NCBI GenBank assembly: GCA_046153645.1
Contig: JBJXGI010000040.1
Coordinates: 1-51,134, forward strand
Length of the DNA stretch: 51,134 bases
Direction of reading: 5' to 3'
Source: Elusimicrobiota bacterium
GTDB lineage: Bacteria; Elusimicrobiota; Elusimicrobia; F11
Shown here: one piece after another, positions 27,466 through 37,332 of the stretch
Layout: every line of letters begins with the position of its first letter
How positions within the stretch are numbered: position 1 is the stretch's first letter
Notes under the pieces: generated by a model
The model's input: the letters and a program-made list of their open reading frames with translations, nothing else
Told to the model about the DNA's origin: nothing
The model's database searches: none
Position numbers and translations under genes: made by a program

Positions 27466-28347
27466 TTGGAACTTTCATCTGCTCTTGATCCCATTGTTGT
27501 TGCCCAGCTTGAAACCCTCTCTCTGAAAGCCAAAAGGGTGTTGGAAGGTTTTTATTCGGGCGCGCATAACACGAAGTTAAAAGGTCGTTCTCAAACCTTT
27601 GCCGAACACCGTTCTTATTATCCTGGCGATGAGCCAAAAGATCTTGATTGGAAAGTTTTTGCAAAAACCGATCGCTTGGTTGTTCGTCAGTATGAAGATC
27701 AAACCAATATGGGCGTTTTATTGATGGTTGACTCTTCTCATTCGATGGGGTTTTCATGGGGAAATAATATTTCTAAGTTTGAGTACGCACGAATTTTAGC
27801 GGCGGCTTTGGGATATTTAACGGTTTCACAGCGAGATGCCATGGGGTTTGTGGTTGATAACGTTGATTCTCCTCTTAATACGCAAAAATCGCAGTTGGAT
27901 TACTTACTCAACACACTGACTCAATGCACTCCGCAAGGAGCACTTCCATGGATGTCATTTTTCCAGAAAGCCCAACAATCACTTAAGCGTCGAGGGTTTG
28001 TTGTTTTTATTTCTGATCTCATGACAACGCCCGAAGAAGTTTTTTCAGCCTTAACAACATTGCAGGCAAGAAATCATGAGGTATTGGTTATTCAAGTGTT
28101 AGACCCTTTTGAAAGAGACTTAAATGAAGAAGGGACGTTTTTATTGGAAGATTCTGAAACGCATGAAAATCTCCTTACTGATTTTAAGACTATTAGAGAT
28201 TCATATCAAAAAATTGTTCAAGAAAAAATTGCATTCTTTTCTCAGACACTTCAAAGCTTGGGAATGGACTATTTATTGCTAACGACTGATTTATCTTTTG
28301 ATAAGGGGTTAGGGGCTTATCTTTCTTGGAGGAAGGATCGCCTGTGA
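27466..28347 (+). CDS. DUF58 / vWA-like protein
   Basis: G.H....KGRSQTFAEHRSYYPGD..KDLDWKVFAKTD, DSSHSM, ISD and DPFE. Confidence 0.92.
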   Translation: MELSSALDPIVVAQLETLSLKAKRVLEGFYSGAHNTKLKGRSQTFAEHRSYYPGDEPKDLDWKVFAKTDRLVVRQYEDQTNMGVLLMVDSSHSMGFSWGNNISKFEYARILAAALGYLTVSQRDAMGFVVDNVDSPLNTQKSQLDYLLNTLTQCTPQGALPWMSFFQKAQQSLKRRGFVVFISDLMTTPEEVFSALTTLQARNHEVLVIQVLDPFERDLNEEGTFLLEDSETHENLLTDFKTIRDSYQKIVQEKIAFFSQTLQSLGMDYLLLTTDLSFDKGLGAYLSWRKDRL

Positions 28348-30359
28348 CATTTTTAGGTCATTTTTTTCTTTGGCTTCTCCCGTTGGTTTTCGCACCTTTT
28401 ATTCTGCACCTCCTCAATAAACGACCTCCTAAAAAAAAGGTTTTCAGTTATTTGGCTTGGGTTCGAGAGGCGCATCAGAAAATGATGCCTCGAAAAAAAT
28501 TAGAAGAGTGGATTCTTTTGTTGATTCGAACACTTATTCTTCTGTCGCTTATTTTATTTTTTGCTCGGCCCGTTCTTGAAACCAATCGATTTTCCACTTC
28601 TTCTGAAGATTCGATTATTTTTATTTTACAGGACGTCTCAGCTTCGATGGGTGCGTTGAATACGGGAAGAACATTATTAGATACGTCAAAAGACGACTTA
28701 AAAAAACTCTTAAGAAAATTACCCGCTCAAGTAAAAGTGGGAATGATTGTTTATTCAGATAAAGTTGAAAAAGAACTTCCTTTTTTAACCGAAAGATCCA
28801 AAATCGTTTCTTCACTAGAAGAGTTGCACGTTTTGCCAAAGGCGACCAATGTCGTGCCAGCCATTGATTTAGCTCTTCAAACGCTTGAGAAAAGTTCATC
28901 AAAAAACAAACTGTTACTTCTTGTTTCGGATCAGACAAAAACAGGGTGGTCCAAGGCACTTTCAAAAGAATGGACTTCTTCTCTTTTGGACTCTTCTGTT
29001 CCTATATTGATATGGGAGATGGGCCATGTTCTTGAAAATGCGGGTGTTTTATCGGCTCAAGTTCAGATGAATCAAGACGGTTCTCTTGTGGGGACGTGGG
29101 CCCCTCACCTTCAGGCGCCATTAAAAAATGATTCAACCTGGCAAATTTATCTCAACAACCAGGTTATCGGACAGGGCGCATTTAGCACCCTTGGTGATCA
29201 AGGGCAGTCATTCCGCACCCAAATTGGTGATGCCAGTTCTTATTTTGGAACCGTTCAAGTTAGTAAAGACTCTTTTGATTTGGACAATAACTTCTATTTT
29301 TCTGGGAAATTACCAAAGGGGTATAAACTTCTTATTGTGGATGGTGACAGCGGTTCTTCACCAGGAGAGTCAGAAAGTTATTTTTTAAGATTGGCTCTCG
29401 AATCTCCACGAGATCCGCAGTTACAAGTCATTAAAGTTATTCGTCCGGAAGATATGTCGAGAGAAAAAATTGAAGATTTTCAAGTTATTTTTCTCGCAAA
29501 TATTTCTGATAGTGCCGAAAAAATTAAAGAGTTAAGTAGATGGATTCAGCAAGGAGGGGGACTGTTTGTTTCTGTTGGGTCAAAAATACCAATAGAAGGA
29601 AATACCATTCATCAAAATTCAACCACGTTGAAATGGCCTGCGCCTGACACCGTACCTTTGAATAAGATTGTAGATATAGAAAATTTTCAATGGGATCAAA
29701 TGAAAGTTGAAAAATATATCAAAACTCCTCTCTCTCTTGATGATCATGTTCTTTTGTCTTTGGCCAATAACGATCCACTTCTCATAGATAGAAAAATGGG
29801 GAAGGGGCGAATTCTCCAATATAATTCAAGTATCGATTTAGCGTGGAACAATATTCCTTCTAAACCATTTTTTTCTCCTATGATAAGAGTCTTATTGGCT
29901 TATTTAGCAGACCCTTCTTTTTCAGAAATCTCTATGATGGGTGTGGTTGGAGATTCTCTGCGGATCCCGATTGATTCGAGTGTTAATTCTGTAACAGTTA
30001 TTTCACCGGACGGAATTGCGACTGCCGGTTTTGTTGATAAAGCAGGAACTCTTCTTTGGAAGAATACAGATAGACCGGGGCTCTATCAAGTAAAAACCAA
30101 CATTCCGAGTAAAAATTTTTCTTTCGCCGTGAATATCCCTCATTTGGAACAAGAAGCCAATCAAAGTCGAATTTTATCCAGTGAATTATCAACGATATTT
30201 CCGAACTCTCAACTTCAATATATTTCAGGAAAAATGCCTAGCGATGAAAGAATTCGATCTGTTTTGGAGGGGAAAGATTTAACCAATATATTAGTGGGAC
30301 TCCTATTAATTCTGCTGTTGCTGGAAACTTGGATATCATGGCCAAGAAAACCAATATGA
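28344..30359 (+). CDS. BatA N-terminal + vWA domain membrane protein
   Basis: GTGA overlap with DUF58; PFILHLLN...LLLIRTLIL..FFARP, MIDAS DVSASM, VSDQ; C-terminal TM. Confidence 0.85.
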   Translation: MTFLGHFFLWLLPLVFAPFILHLLNKRPPKKKVFSYLAWVREAHQKMMPRKKLEEWILLLIRTLILLSLILFFARPVLETNRFSTSSEDSIIFILQDVSASMGALNTGRTLLDTSKDDLKKLLRKLPAQVKVGMIVYSDKVEKELPFLTERSKIVSSLEELHVLPKATNVVPAIDLALQTLEKSSSKNKLLLLVSDQTKTGWSKALSKEWTSSLLDSSVPILIWEMGHVLENAGVLSAQVQMNQDGSLVGTWAPHLQAPLKNDSTWQIYLNNQVIGQGAFSTLGDQGQSFRTQIGDASSYFGTVQVSKDSFDLDNNFYFSGKLPKGYKLLIVDGDSGSSPGESESYFLRLALESPRDPQLQVIKVIRPEDMSREKIEDFQVIFLANISDSAEKIKELSRWIQQGGGLFVSVGSKIPIEGNTIHQNSTTLKWPAPDTVPLNKIVDIENFQWDQMKVEKYIKTPLSLDDHVLLSLANNDPLLIDRKMGKGRILQYNSSIDLAWNNIPSKPFFSPMIRVLLAYLADPSFSEISMMGVVGDSLRIPIDSSVNSVTVISPDGIATAGFVDKAGTLLWKNTDRPGLYQVKTNIPSKNFSFAVNIPHLEQEANQSRILSSELSTIFPNSQLQYISGKMPSDERIRSVLEGKDLTNILVGLLLILLLLETWISWPRKPI

Positions 30360-31114
30360 AGAACATAGTAACACCATTTATTTTCTTTGTTGTTTTTCTC
30401 GTCTTTTGTGTTTTCTTGCGAGCCTCTGTGGGAAATGAGTTTGTTTTTACTCAACTTAAACACGATGGCATTTGGGATCCATACCCCGGAATTAGTTCTC
30501 GAATCATGGGTATGGTCAAAAAAATGACCAATATCCCATTTTCGGTGGATCGAAAAGTGGTTACTTTATCGGACCCCGATCTTTTTGAATCTTCATTTTT
30601 AGTTGTTTCAGGTAGTGGGGCATTGGCTTTTAATCCTGAGGAAAAGAAAAATCTTAAGCTCTTCATTGATCGAGGGGGGTTGGTTTTTTTTGATGACACG
30701 CTTGCCGAACCGAAAGGAGCGTTTTCTCGATCTGTAAGATCGATATTAAAAGATCTTTATCCGGATCGATCATTTGTTTCACTATCAAGCGATCATCCTT
30801 TGTTTCGTTCATTTTTTCTTTTGAAAAACGGTGCTGGAAGAAAAATGTCACAAAAATATTTAGAGGGGATAGAAGTTGAATCTGGTTTAGGGGGAGAGTC
30901 TAGAACGGCTGTTGTATATTCTGGAAATGATCTTTTGGGTTCCTGGATGCGGGATAATTTGGGGCAATATACTTATGAGTGTGTGCCTGGTGGAGAGTTT
31001 CAAAGATGGGAATCATTAAAACTGACGATTAATTTGATTTATTTTAGTTTAACAGGGACATATAAAAGAGATGCTATTCATCAACCCTTTATTGAAAGGA
31101 AACTAGGAACGTAA
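30356..31114 (+). CDS. DUF4159 domain protein
   Basis: ATGA overlap; GIWDPYP, FIDRGGLVFFDD, DHPLFRSFF, NDLLGSW and LTGTYKRDAIH. Confidence 0.8.
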   Translation: MKNIVTPFIFFVVFLVFCVFLRASVGNEFVFTQLKHDGIWDPYPGISSRIMGMVKKMTNIPFSVDRKVVTLSDPDLFESSFLVVSGSGALAFNPEEKKNLKLFIDRGGLVFFDDTLAEPKGAFSRSVRSILKDLYPDRSFVSLSSDHPLFRSFFLLKNGAGRKMSQKYLEGIEVESGLGGESRTAVVYSGNDLLGSWMRDNLGQYTYECVPGGEFQRWESLKLTINLIYFSLTGTYKRDAIHQPFIERKLGT

Positions 31115-31115
31115 T

Positions 31116-33179
31116 TTGAAAACAATTTGGTTTTTTAGAATTTTAATTTTTTTGTTGGTTTTATTTGTTATGACAAAACCCGAGCGAGTTGGGCTTACTG
31201 ACCACGCTTTTGGCGATTGGGTTGTGTTGTTAGATCAGTCGAGTAGTATGCAGGTCAAAGACCCTGTCAAAAGATTTGATGATGCATTGGGCGTTATTGA
31301 GAAATTAAAAGGGGTAAAAAATATTACTCTTTTTACTTTTTCCGATAAAGTTTTACCAACGACATTAAATGAGGTTCAAAATGTAAAGCCCGTGGGAAAA
31401 ACAACGGATCTTGCCATGGCGCTAAAAACATCGCTCAATTTACCTACTGTAAAAGGTGTTTTACTGTTAAGTGATGGTCGAAACTTAAGTAAAGATGATC
31501 CTGTTAGTGTTGTCTCATCATTTGGGAAACCTGTTTTTACCATAGGTTTCGGTGGAGGGCTTAGTTTCAAAGATATCGCGATTAAAAATATCCAATCACC
31601 TCCTTTTGCTTTTAAAAACATTGCTACTTCGTTATCCGCTCAAGTTTCAGTTATTGGCTTCCCAAATCAGGAAATCACCATTTTTCTTAAGAGCGGCGAC
31701 ACTATTATTGCCTCTGAAAAAATAATTTCTCCCAAAGAAGAATTCGAATCTAGTGTTAATTTTTCTTTCACCCCTCAATTTATTGGAAATAAAAAGTTAA
31801 AAATTCAAACTGCTGTGCTAGATGGAGAGGTGACAGGAAATAACAATTCAAAAGATATTCATTTCGATGTCGGACGGGATCGATTTAGAGTGTTATACCT
31901 GTGTGGTGTTCCAGGACCTGAATATTCCTTTTTGAGGCATCAGTTTAAATCCGATCCGGGAGTGGAATTGGTTACGTTTGTTATTTTGAGAAATAACCAA
32001 AATATTTTGGATGTTCCTGAAAATGAACTTTCACTGATCCCTTTTCCAACTCAAGACGCTCTGATTACGCAAATGTCGACCTTTGATCTCATTGTGTTTG
32101 AAGAATTTTCTTATCCTAATTTTGGGCTATCCCCAGCGTTGGTTTTTGCTATTGAAAAAAGAGTTCGTGATGGGGGAAGTTTTCTTTTGACGGGAACACC
32201 AGCCGTTCTTGGTCCTGGAAGTCCTTATAATATTCCCGGCGTCAAGGAAATGATCCCTGTTGAGTTTGGTAACGAGCAAGTTCAATTTTATCCTGGCCAA
32301 GCTTCTTTTGTTGTGAGAGCTTCAGAGCACCCTATTTTTAGATTAGATGAAAATTCTGGAACCAATAAAAAAATCTGGGAAAACTTGCCTCTGTTAAAGG
32401 GAATAACACTTTTTCCCAAGGTAAAAGAATCGGGTTCTGTTCTTGGGTATTTTAATATTGAAGGCAAAGAATATCCCGCGTTGACAGTGATGAAAGTGGG
32501 AAAAGGAAAATCCGCTGTTTTATCAACAAGATCTACTTATCGTTGGTCCATGTTGCCTGGAAAAAATAATTTTGATGGAGTCATCGGGTATCAAAAATTT
32601 TGGAAGAATATGGTCGTTTGGTTAACTCGTTCAGGAGAATTTAAGCCTTTAAGATTAGAGGTTGATTCTCAGTCACTCCAATCAGGGGGAACCTCTTCTT
32701 TGCGAGCTTGGTTGGTGGATGATTATTTTAAACCTGTTGAAGGGGCCCAGATAAAATGCGAAGTAAAAATGCCTAATGGGAAACTTCAATTATTAACTTT
32801 AAATGAAGAAGCGTTGGGGGTTTATTCTTCTTTAGTAGAGTTTCCTGATTTCGGTCGTTATGAGATAAAAGCTTGGGCGATTAAATCAGCTAAAAAATGT
32901 GGTCAAGACCTTCTTCATCTCGACGTTCAAGATAATATAATGGAAGATGAAGACTTGCGATCGAATTTAAACCTTTTAAAAGAAATTGCACATTCATCTG
33001 GCGGCATTTTTTTACTGGCTAAAGATTTTTCTGAAAACTCAATAAAACAATTTGATGAATCATTAAAAAACAAATCTGGAAAAAAAATATTGATATGGAA
33101 TTCACCGTGGTTATTCGCCATTATTTTCTTGCTTCTCATGGGTGAATGGTTTTTAAGAAGAAAACGAGGATTGAAATGA
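31116..33179 (+). CDS. Membrane-anchored vWA / Ig-like / glutamine-amidotransferase-like protein
   Basis: LLDQSSSM, LLSDG, NNNSK, RVLYLCGVPGPEYSFLRH, ELSLIPFPT; C-terminal TM ending EWFLRRKRGL. Confidence 0.8.
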   Translation: MKTIWFFRILIFLLVLFVMTKPERVGLTDHAFGDWVVLLDQSSSMQVKDPVKRFDDALGVIEKLKGVKNITLFTFSDKVLPTTLNEVQNVKPVGKTTDLAMALKTSLNLPTVKGVLLLSDGRNLSKDDPVSVVSSFGKPVFTIGFGGGLSFKDIAIKNIQSPPFAFKNIATSLSAQVSVIGFPNQEITIFLKSGDTIIASEKIISPKEEFESSVNFSFTPQFIGNKKLKIQTAVLDGEVTGNNNSKDIHFDVGRDRFRVLYLCGVPGPEYSFLRHQFKSDPGVELVTFVILRNNQNILDVPENELSLIPFPTQDALITQMSTFDLIVFEEFSYPNFGLSPALVFAIEKRVRDGGSFLLTGTPAVLGPGSPYNIPGVKEMIPVEFGNEQVQFYPGQASFVVRASEHPIFRLDENSGTNKKIWENLPLLKGITLFPKVKESGSVLGYFNIEGKEYPALTVMKVGKGKSAVLSTRSTYRWSMLPGKNNFDGVIGYQKFWKNMVVWLTRSGEFKPLRLEVDSQSLQSGGTSSLRAWLVDDYFKPVEGAQIKCEVKMPNGKLQLLTLNEEALGVYSSLVEFPDFGRYEIKAWAIKSAKKCGQDLLHLDVQDNIMEDEDLRSNLNLLKEIAHSSGGIFLLAKDFSENSIKQFDESLKNKSGKKILIWNSPWLFAIIFLLLMGEWFLRRKRGLK

Positions 33180-35251
33180 ACCGCTGGTTGGCCTTCTTTT
33201 TGTTGATCATATTTTTTTCGTTTTATACCTATCAAGCGGCCCCTTCTGTGACAGCGGGAGACTCCGGTGAATTTATTACCTCAGCGGCAACTTTATCTTT
33301 ACCTCATGCCCCTTCTTTTCCTGTTTACACAATAATTTCTCGAGCTTTTTTGGAAATTGTTCCTTGGGGGAATATTGGTTATCGCTGCAACATATTTTCA
33401 GTTCTTTGTGGTTCGCTATCACTTTTGTTGATTTTTCTGTTGGGAATCAAATTGAATCTTCGGTTTTTTACTATTTTACTCACGGTATGCTGTGTTGGTT
33501 TTTCTCGGTCTTTTTGGCGGCATACTTTAGTGACAGAAGTTTTTGCTTTGCATGCTTTATTTTTTATAGGAGTGTTATTTCTTTTAATTCCCTTAATGTG
33601 GCCAGGGGCGAAGTCGGAAAATAAAATCCCCACTCTTATTTTAGCGGCGTTTTTAATGATGATAGGTTTTGGCAACCATCAGATCATTGTGTTATTAGCG
33701 CCTGCTTGGATATATTGTTTTTGGTTTGTAATGCGAGAAGAACCCCTCAAGTTGGCGCCAGTCATTGGGGCTTTGGTTTTAATAGGGGGTATTGGGTTTT
33801 CAACCTATCTTTTCTTACCCTTAAGATCTTCAAAAAATCCACCCCTCAATTGGGGAAAACCAACTTCTATTACACGGTTTGTAAGAAGTTTATTGCGGAG
33901 TGATTATGGTTCATTGAAGCTTGCTATTGGTGAAACTCCTCCGCGAAACATTCAAAATTCTTATCGTCAAATTAAACAAACTTTGAAGAGCACTCATGAA
34001 GAAATGGGGGGCGTTTTACTGGTTTCATCTTTTATCGTTATTGGTGTGGGGTTTCTAAATAAAAAATTAAGAATCATTTCTGGTTTTTTATTAATTCTCT
34101 ATTTTTTTACGGGGCCTTTTTTCATTTTATTAGGAAACTTACCCCTAACGTCGCAGTCCGCGGGGATTTTGGGGCGGTTTTATATACCGCCTGTTTTAGC
34201 ATTGATGCTTTGTTTTTTGATGGTTGATCAATATAAATGGGTTTCACGGATTCTCGTTTTTGTTTTTCCTGTTTTTTTATTTCAGTCAAATTATCTTTTC
34301 GCCCAACCTTTGAGACATTTTTATATGGTCAATGATTATGGGAATATGATGTTGCGAACCATTCCTCCTCAGGGCGCGCTGTATATGGATGGAGGGGATG
34401 ATGCTTTTTATAGTTTAGCCGCCTTAAGTTTAGCAGAGGGAAAACGGATCGATGTTGAGTTGAAAGATAGAGGAGGACTTGTTTTCCCTAATCCTTATGG
34501 TGATGATTTCAGATCTTTAACCAAAGAACAAAAAACGGATCGCCGAAAACTCATTGAAGAAAAAGTACTTTCAAGAAAACCTCTTTTTTATTCCAGCATG
34601 GATCAAAATGTATTGCCTGGATATAAAGTTAAACTGGTGGGATTTTTGTTGAAACCAGAAAAAGAAACAATTTTTTTTAAGCCGGAAATATCTTGGCCTT
34701 TGATACTCATTCGTAATCTTTATCCATTTACTGATTTGGATTTTAGATCCAGAGCCCTGGCTTGTTTTTTTCCTTATATGCAAGCTCGTCAAGAATTCCA
34801 AGAAAAAGATTTTGATTCAGCTTTTGTCTTTTATAAAAAAGCTCTTGAAGTCGGTTATGATGTTGAATGGTTGGAGAAAAATCTTGAAAGTGACATCGCA
34901 AATTTTTCATTTTATTTATTACAAAATCATAGATTAGAAAAAGCAAAAGAGGTTTATGATTTCTGGATAACGTGGAAGCCCACTTCTTATCAGGCGCACA
35001 GTAATTTAGGGGTTGTTTTTGAACGAATGGGAAAAGTTGATGATGCAAAAGGTCAATATCTAAAGACCTCACAATTGTTTTTAGATTCAATCGATCCCTT
35101 GTTTAATTTATCTGTCCTTTCATGGAAAGAAAAAGATTGGGATAAAGTTATTTATTATTTAGAACAATTGTTATTAAGGAACCCAAAACATGATCAGGCA
35201 AATTACTTTTTGAAATTGGCTCAAACCAAAAAAGCTTTGGAGCAAAGATGA
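33176..35251 (+). CDS. DUF2723 (TMEM260-like GT-C) membrane protein with C-terminal TPR, copy 1
   Basis: ATGA overlap; PSVTAGDSGEF, PHAPSFP, TEVFAL, GNHQ and LPLRS..NPPLNWGKP; about 11 TMs; TPR-like tail. Confidence 0.85.
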   Translation: MNRWLAFFLLIIFFSFYTYQAAPSVTAGDSGEFITSAATLSLPHAPSFPVYTIISRAFLEIVPWGNIGYRCNIFSVLCGSLSLLLIFLLGIKLNLRFFTILLTVCCVGFSRSFWRHTLVTEVFALHALFFIGVLFLLIPLMWPGAKSENKIPTLILAAFLMMIGFGNHQIIVLLAPAWIYCFWFVMREEPLKLAPVIGALVLIGGIGFSTYLFLPLRSSKNPPLNWGKPTSITRFVRSLLRSDYGSLKLAIGETPPRNIQNSYRQIKQTLKSTHEEMGGVLLVSSFIVIGVGFLNKKLRIISGFLLILYFFTGPFFILLGNLPLTSQSAGILGRFYIPPVLALMLCFLMVDQYKWVSRILVFVFPVFLFQSNYLFAQPLRHFYMVNDYGNMMLRTIPPQGALYMDGGDDAFYSLAALSLAEGKRIDVELKDRGGLVFPNPYGDDFRSLTKEQKTDRRKLIEEKVLSRKPLFYSSMDQNVLPGYKVKLVGFLLKPEKETIFFKPEISWPLILIRNLYPFTDLDFRSRALACFFPYMQARQEFQEKDFDSAFVFYKKALEVGYDVEWLEKNLESDIANFSFYLLQNHRLEKAKEVYDFWITWKPTSYQAHSNLGVVFERMGKVDDAKGQYLKTSQLFLDSIDPLFNLSVLSWKEKDWDKVIYYLEQLLLRNPKHDQANYFLKLAQTKKALEQR

Positions 35252-37332
35252 GTTTTTTTTATCGAATCATATCTCTTGTTGTGTTTTTGGTTGGTTTTTC
35301 TTTGTTCGCTCCTCGAATGGCTCCGCATATTTCTGCCGGCGATTCTGCCGAACTGGCTTTGGCCGGTGAAACATTAGGGATTGCTCATTCTCCTGGGTAT
35401 ACGCCATTTGTCATTGTTAATCATATGGCCTCTCGACTTATTTTATCCGGTAATAAGGCTTATCGGCAAAATAGTGGTTCGAATATTTTTATCATGATGG
35501 GTCTTGTGATGATTGGAATTTTTCTGAAAATTATCCTGGGTTCCCCTTTTCTCTTAGCCTTTCCATTGGTTTTTTTATTTTCTCCTGGTATTCAAGCTTC
35601 TGCTTTGGTGGTTGAAGTATTTCCATTGACCTTTTTTTGGCTTGCCCTCATGTCTGTTTTTTTAGTTCGTTACCAACGATCTCAAAATTTAATGGCGCTC
35701 ATGGGTTTAATCATGGGGCTTGGAATTTGGGTCCACCAAACATTGCTTTTTACTTACCCAGCGATTATTTTGTTTTTATGGATGGATAAAAAGAGGAAGA
35801 TTTTTTATCGAAAACTACCCCTGATGTTGATATTTGGAATTATTGCCACCTTCCTTCTCCTTTTTATTCCGTTGAGATCATGGATGAACCCGGTGTTGGA
35901 TTGGGAAGATCCTCAAACTTTGAAGCGATTTATTGATTTGATTTTGCGGGCTCGATATGGATTTTTGCAATTAGCTCAAGGGCAAGGAGGTGTTTCGTTC
36001 GCACCCGCGAGTATTTTTTATTCGTTTAAGTTTATTTTAGACATGATGGTTCAAAATATTGGTTGGGTTGGATTATTTATTGTCACTGTTGGCTCTATTA
36101 TTAGTCTTGATCATTCGCGGGTTCGAAAGGTGATGATTTTATGTTGGACGTTAATTTTTATTTCTGGTCCTTTCTTTATTTGGATGACACAAGGCGTCTC
36201 TCGACCCGCTCCAGAGGTTATTGAGCGGTTCATTTTACTTCCTTTGTTTGGTTTTTTTATTCTATTTGGAATCGGATTTTCTTGGTTGGCCAACCACAAG
36301 GACAGAATTTATCGAATATTTTGTTTTAGTTTATGCTTTTTATTCCTTTTTGAAAAAAGTCTTCATAAAAACCTTCATGCAATGCAAGAATCGTTTACTT
36401 CTTTTAAACCTCAATCAAAAATATCTATGCGCTATGATAAATCTGCGCGAGAAGCAGGACTAAATGCAATGAGGAATCTTCCTGCAGCTTCATTATTGTT
36501 TATGGATCGAGCTGATGAGCTAGAGTTTGTTATAGGGTATTTGCTAGGAGCTGAAAAAAGACGCTCTCAAGTTAAATTCGTTGATTGTAATGCTGGAATA
36601 ACAAAAAGTATTTATGGGAATGAATATTATCGGATATGGGGTAAGCCGCGTTTGGATATCAGGACAGACGTGGAATCCAAAATGATTGCAGAATCTAAAC
36701 TTCCAGTTTATTATGCGACGTTCGATCCGAATATGGTTGATATTTTTAGAACCAGGGAAGGATTTTTGTTTAAAACTTGGGTTCACCCTGAAGATTCCGG
36801 TAAGTTAGAAAAGTTTCAATGGAATCAGATATTTTCGTTTTCTTCATGGCCTAAAGAAGTGCGCGCTCAGAATTTTGTGAAAGTGAATTCTCAAATGATT
36901 GCGCAATCATTATTTGATAATGAACATTTTTCTTCAGCAGAGATTTATTATGGAATTGGACAATTTCTTCAGGGTTCTCATCGTTATGAACAATTGGGAT
37001 ATTGGTCGCAAGTAAGAGGAGATACAGAAAAAGCTCAGAAGTATTATTTTAAAGCGCTCTCTGCTGGTAATAAATCCGAGAGTCTTTTTGCTAATTTATC
37101 TTTAATTCAAGGAGAATCTCACGGTATTATCGAAGGGCAGTCCTTTTGTTCTTTTGGATTACAGTTTTTCCCGCACTCTTCTCAGATTTTGATGAATCAA
37201 GCCATTTTTGATTGGAAATTAGGAAACTGGGACAATGTCGTTAAATCACTTTCTCAGGTCATATTAAGAGACCCTCGAAATATTGAGGCGATTCGACTTA
37301 TTTCAGAGGCAAGAAAAAGATTATCTCAATGA
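35248..37332 (+). CDS. DUF2723 (TMEM260-like GT-C) membrane protein with TPR, copy 2
   Basis: ISAGDSAEL, GIAHSPGYTP, VEVFPL, VHQT and PLRS..NPVLDWEDP; TPR-like tail. Confidence 0.85.
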   Translation: MSFFYRIISLVVFLVGFSLFAPRMAPHISAGDSAELALAGETLGIAHSPGYTPFVIVNHMASRLILSGNKAYRQNSGSNIFIMMGLVMIGIFLKIILGSPFLLAFPLVFLFSPGIQASALVVEVFPLTFFWLALMSVFLVRYQRSQNLMALMGLIMGLGIWVHQTLLFTYPAIILFLWMDKKRKIFYRKLPLMLIFGIIATFLLLFIPLRSWMNPVLDWEDPQTLKRFIDLILRARYGFLQLAQGQGGVSFAPASIFYSFKFILDMMVQNIGWVGLFIVTVGSIISLDHSRVRKVMILCWTLIFISGPFFIWMTQGVSRPAPEVIERFILLPLFGFFILFGIGFSWLANHKDRIYRIFCFSLCFLFLFEKSLHKNLHAMQESFTSFKPQSKISMRYDKSAREAGLNAMRNLPAASLLFMDRADELEFVIGYLLGAEKRRSQVKFVDCNAGITKSIYGNEYYRIWGKPRLDIRTDVESKMIAESKLPVYYATFDPNMVDIFRTREGFLFKTWVHPEDSGKLEKFQWNQIFSFSSWPKEVRAQNFVKVNSQMIAQSLFDNEHFSSAEIYYGIGQFLQGSHRYEQLGYWSQVRGDTEKAQKYYFKALSAGNKSESLFANLSLIQGESHGIIEGQSFCSFGLQFFPHSSQILMNQAIFDWKLGNWDNVVKSLSQVILRDPRNIEAIRLISEARKRLSQ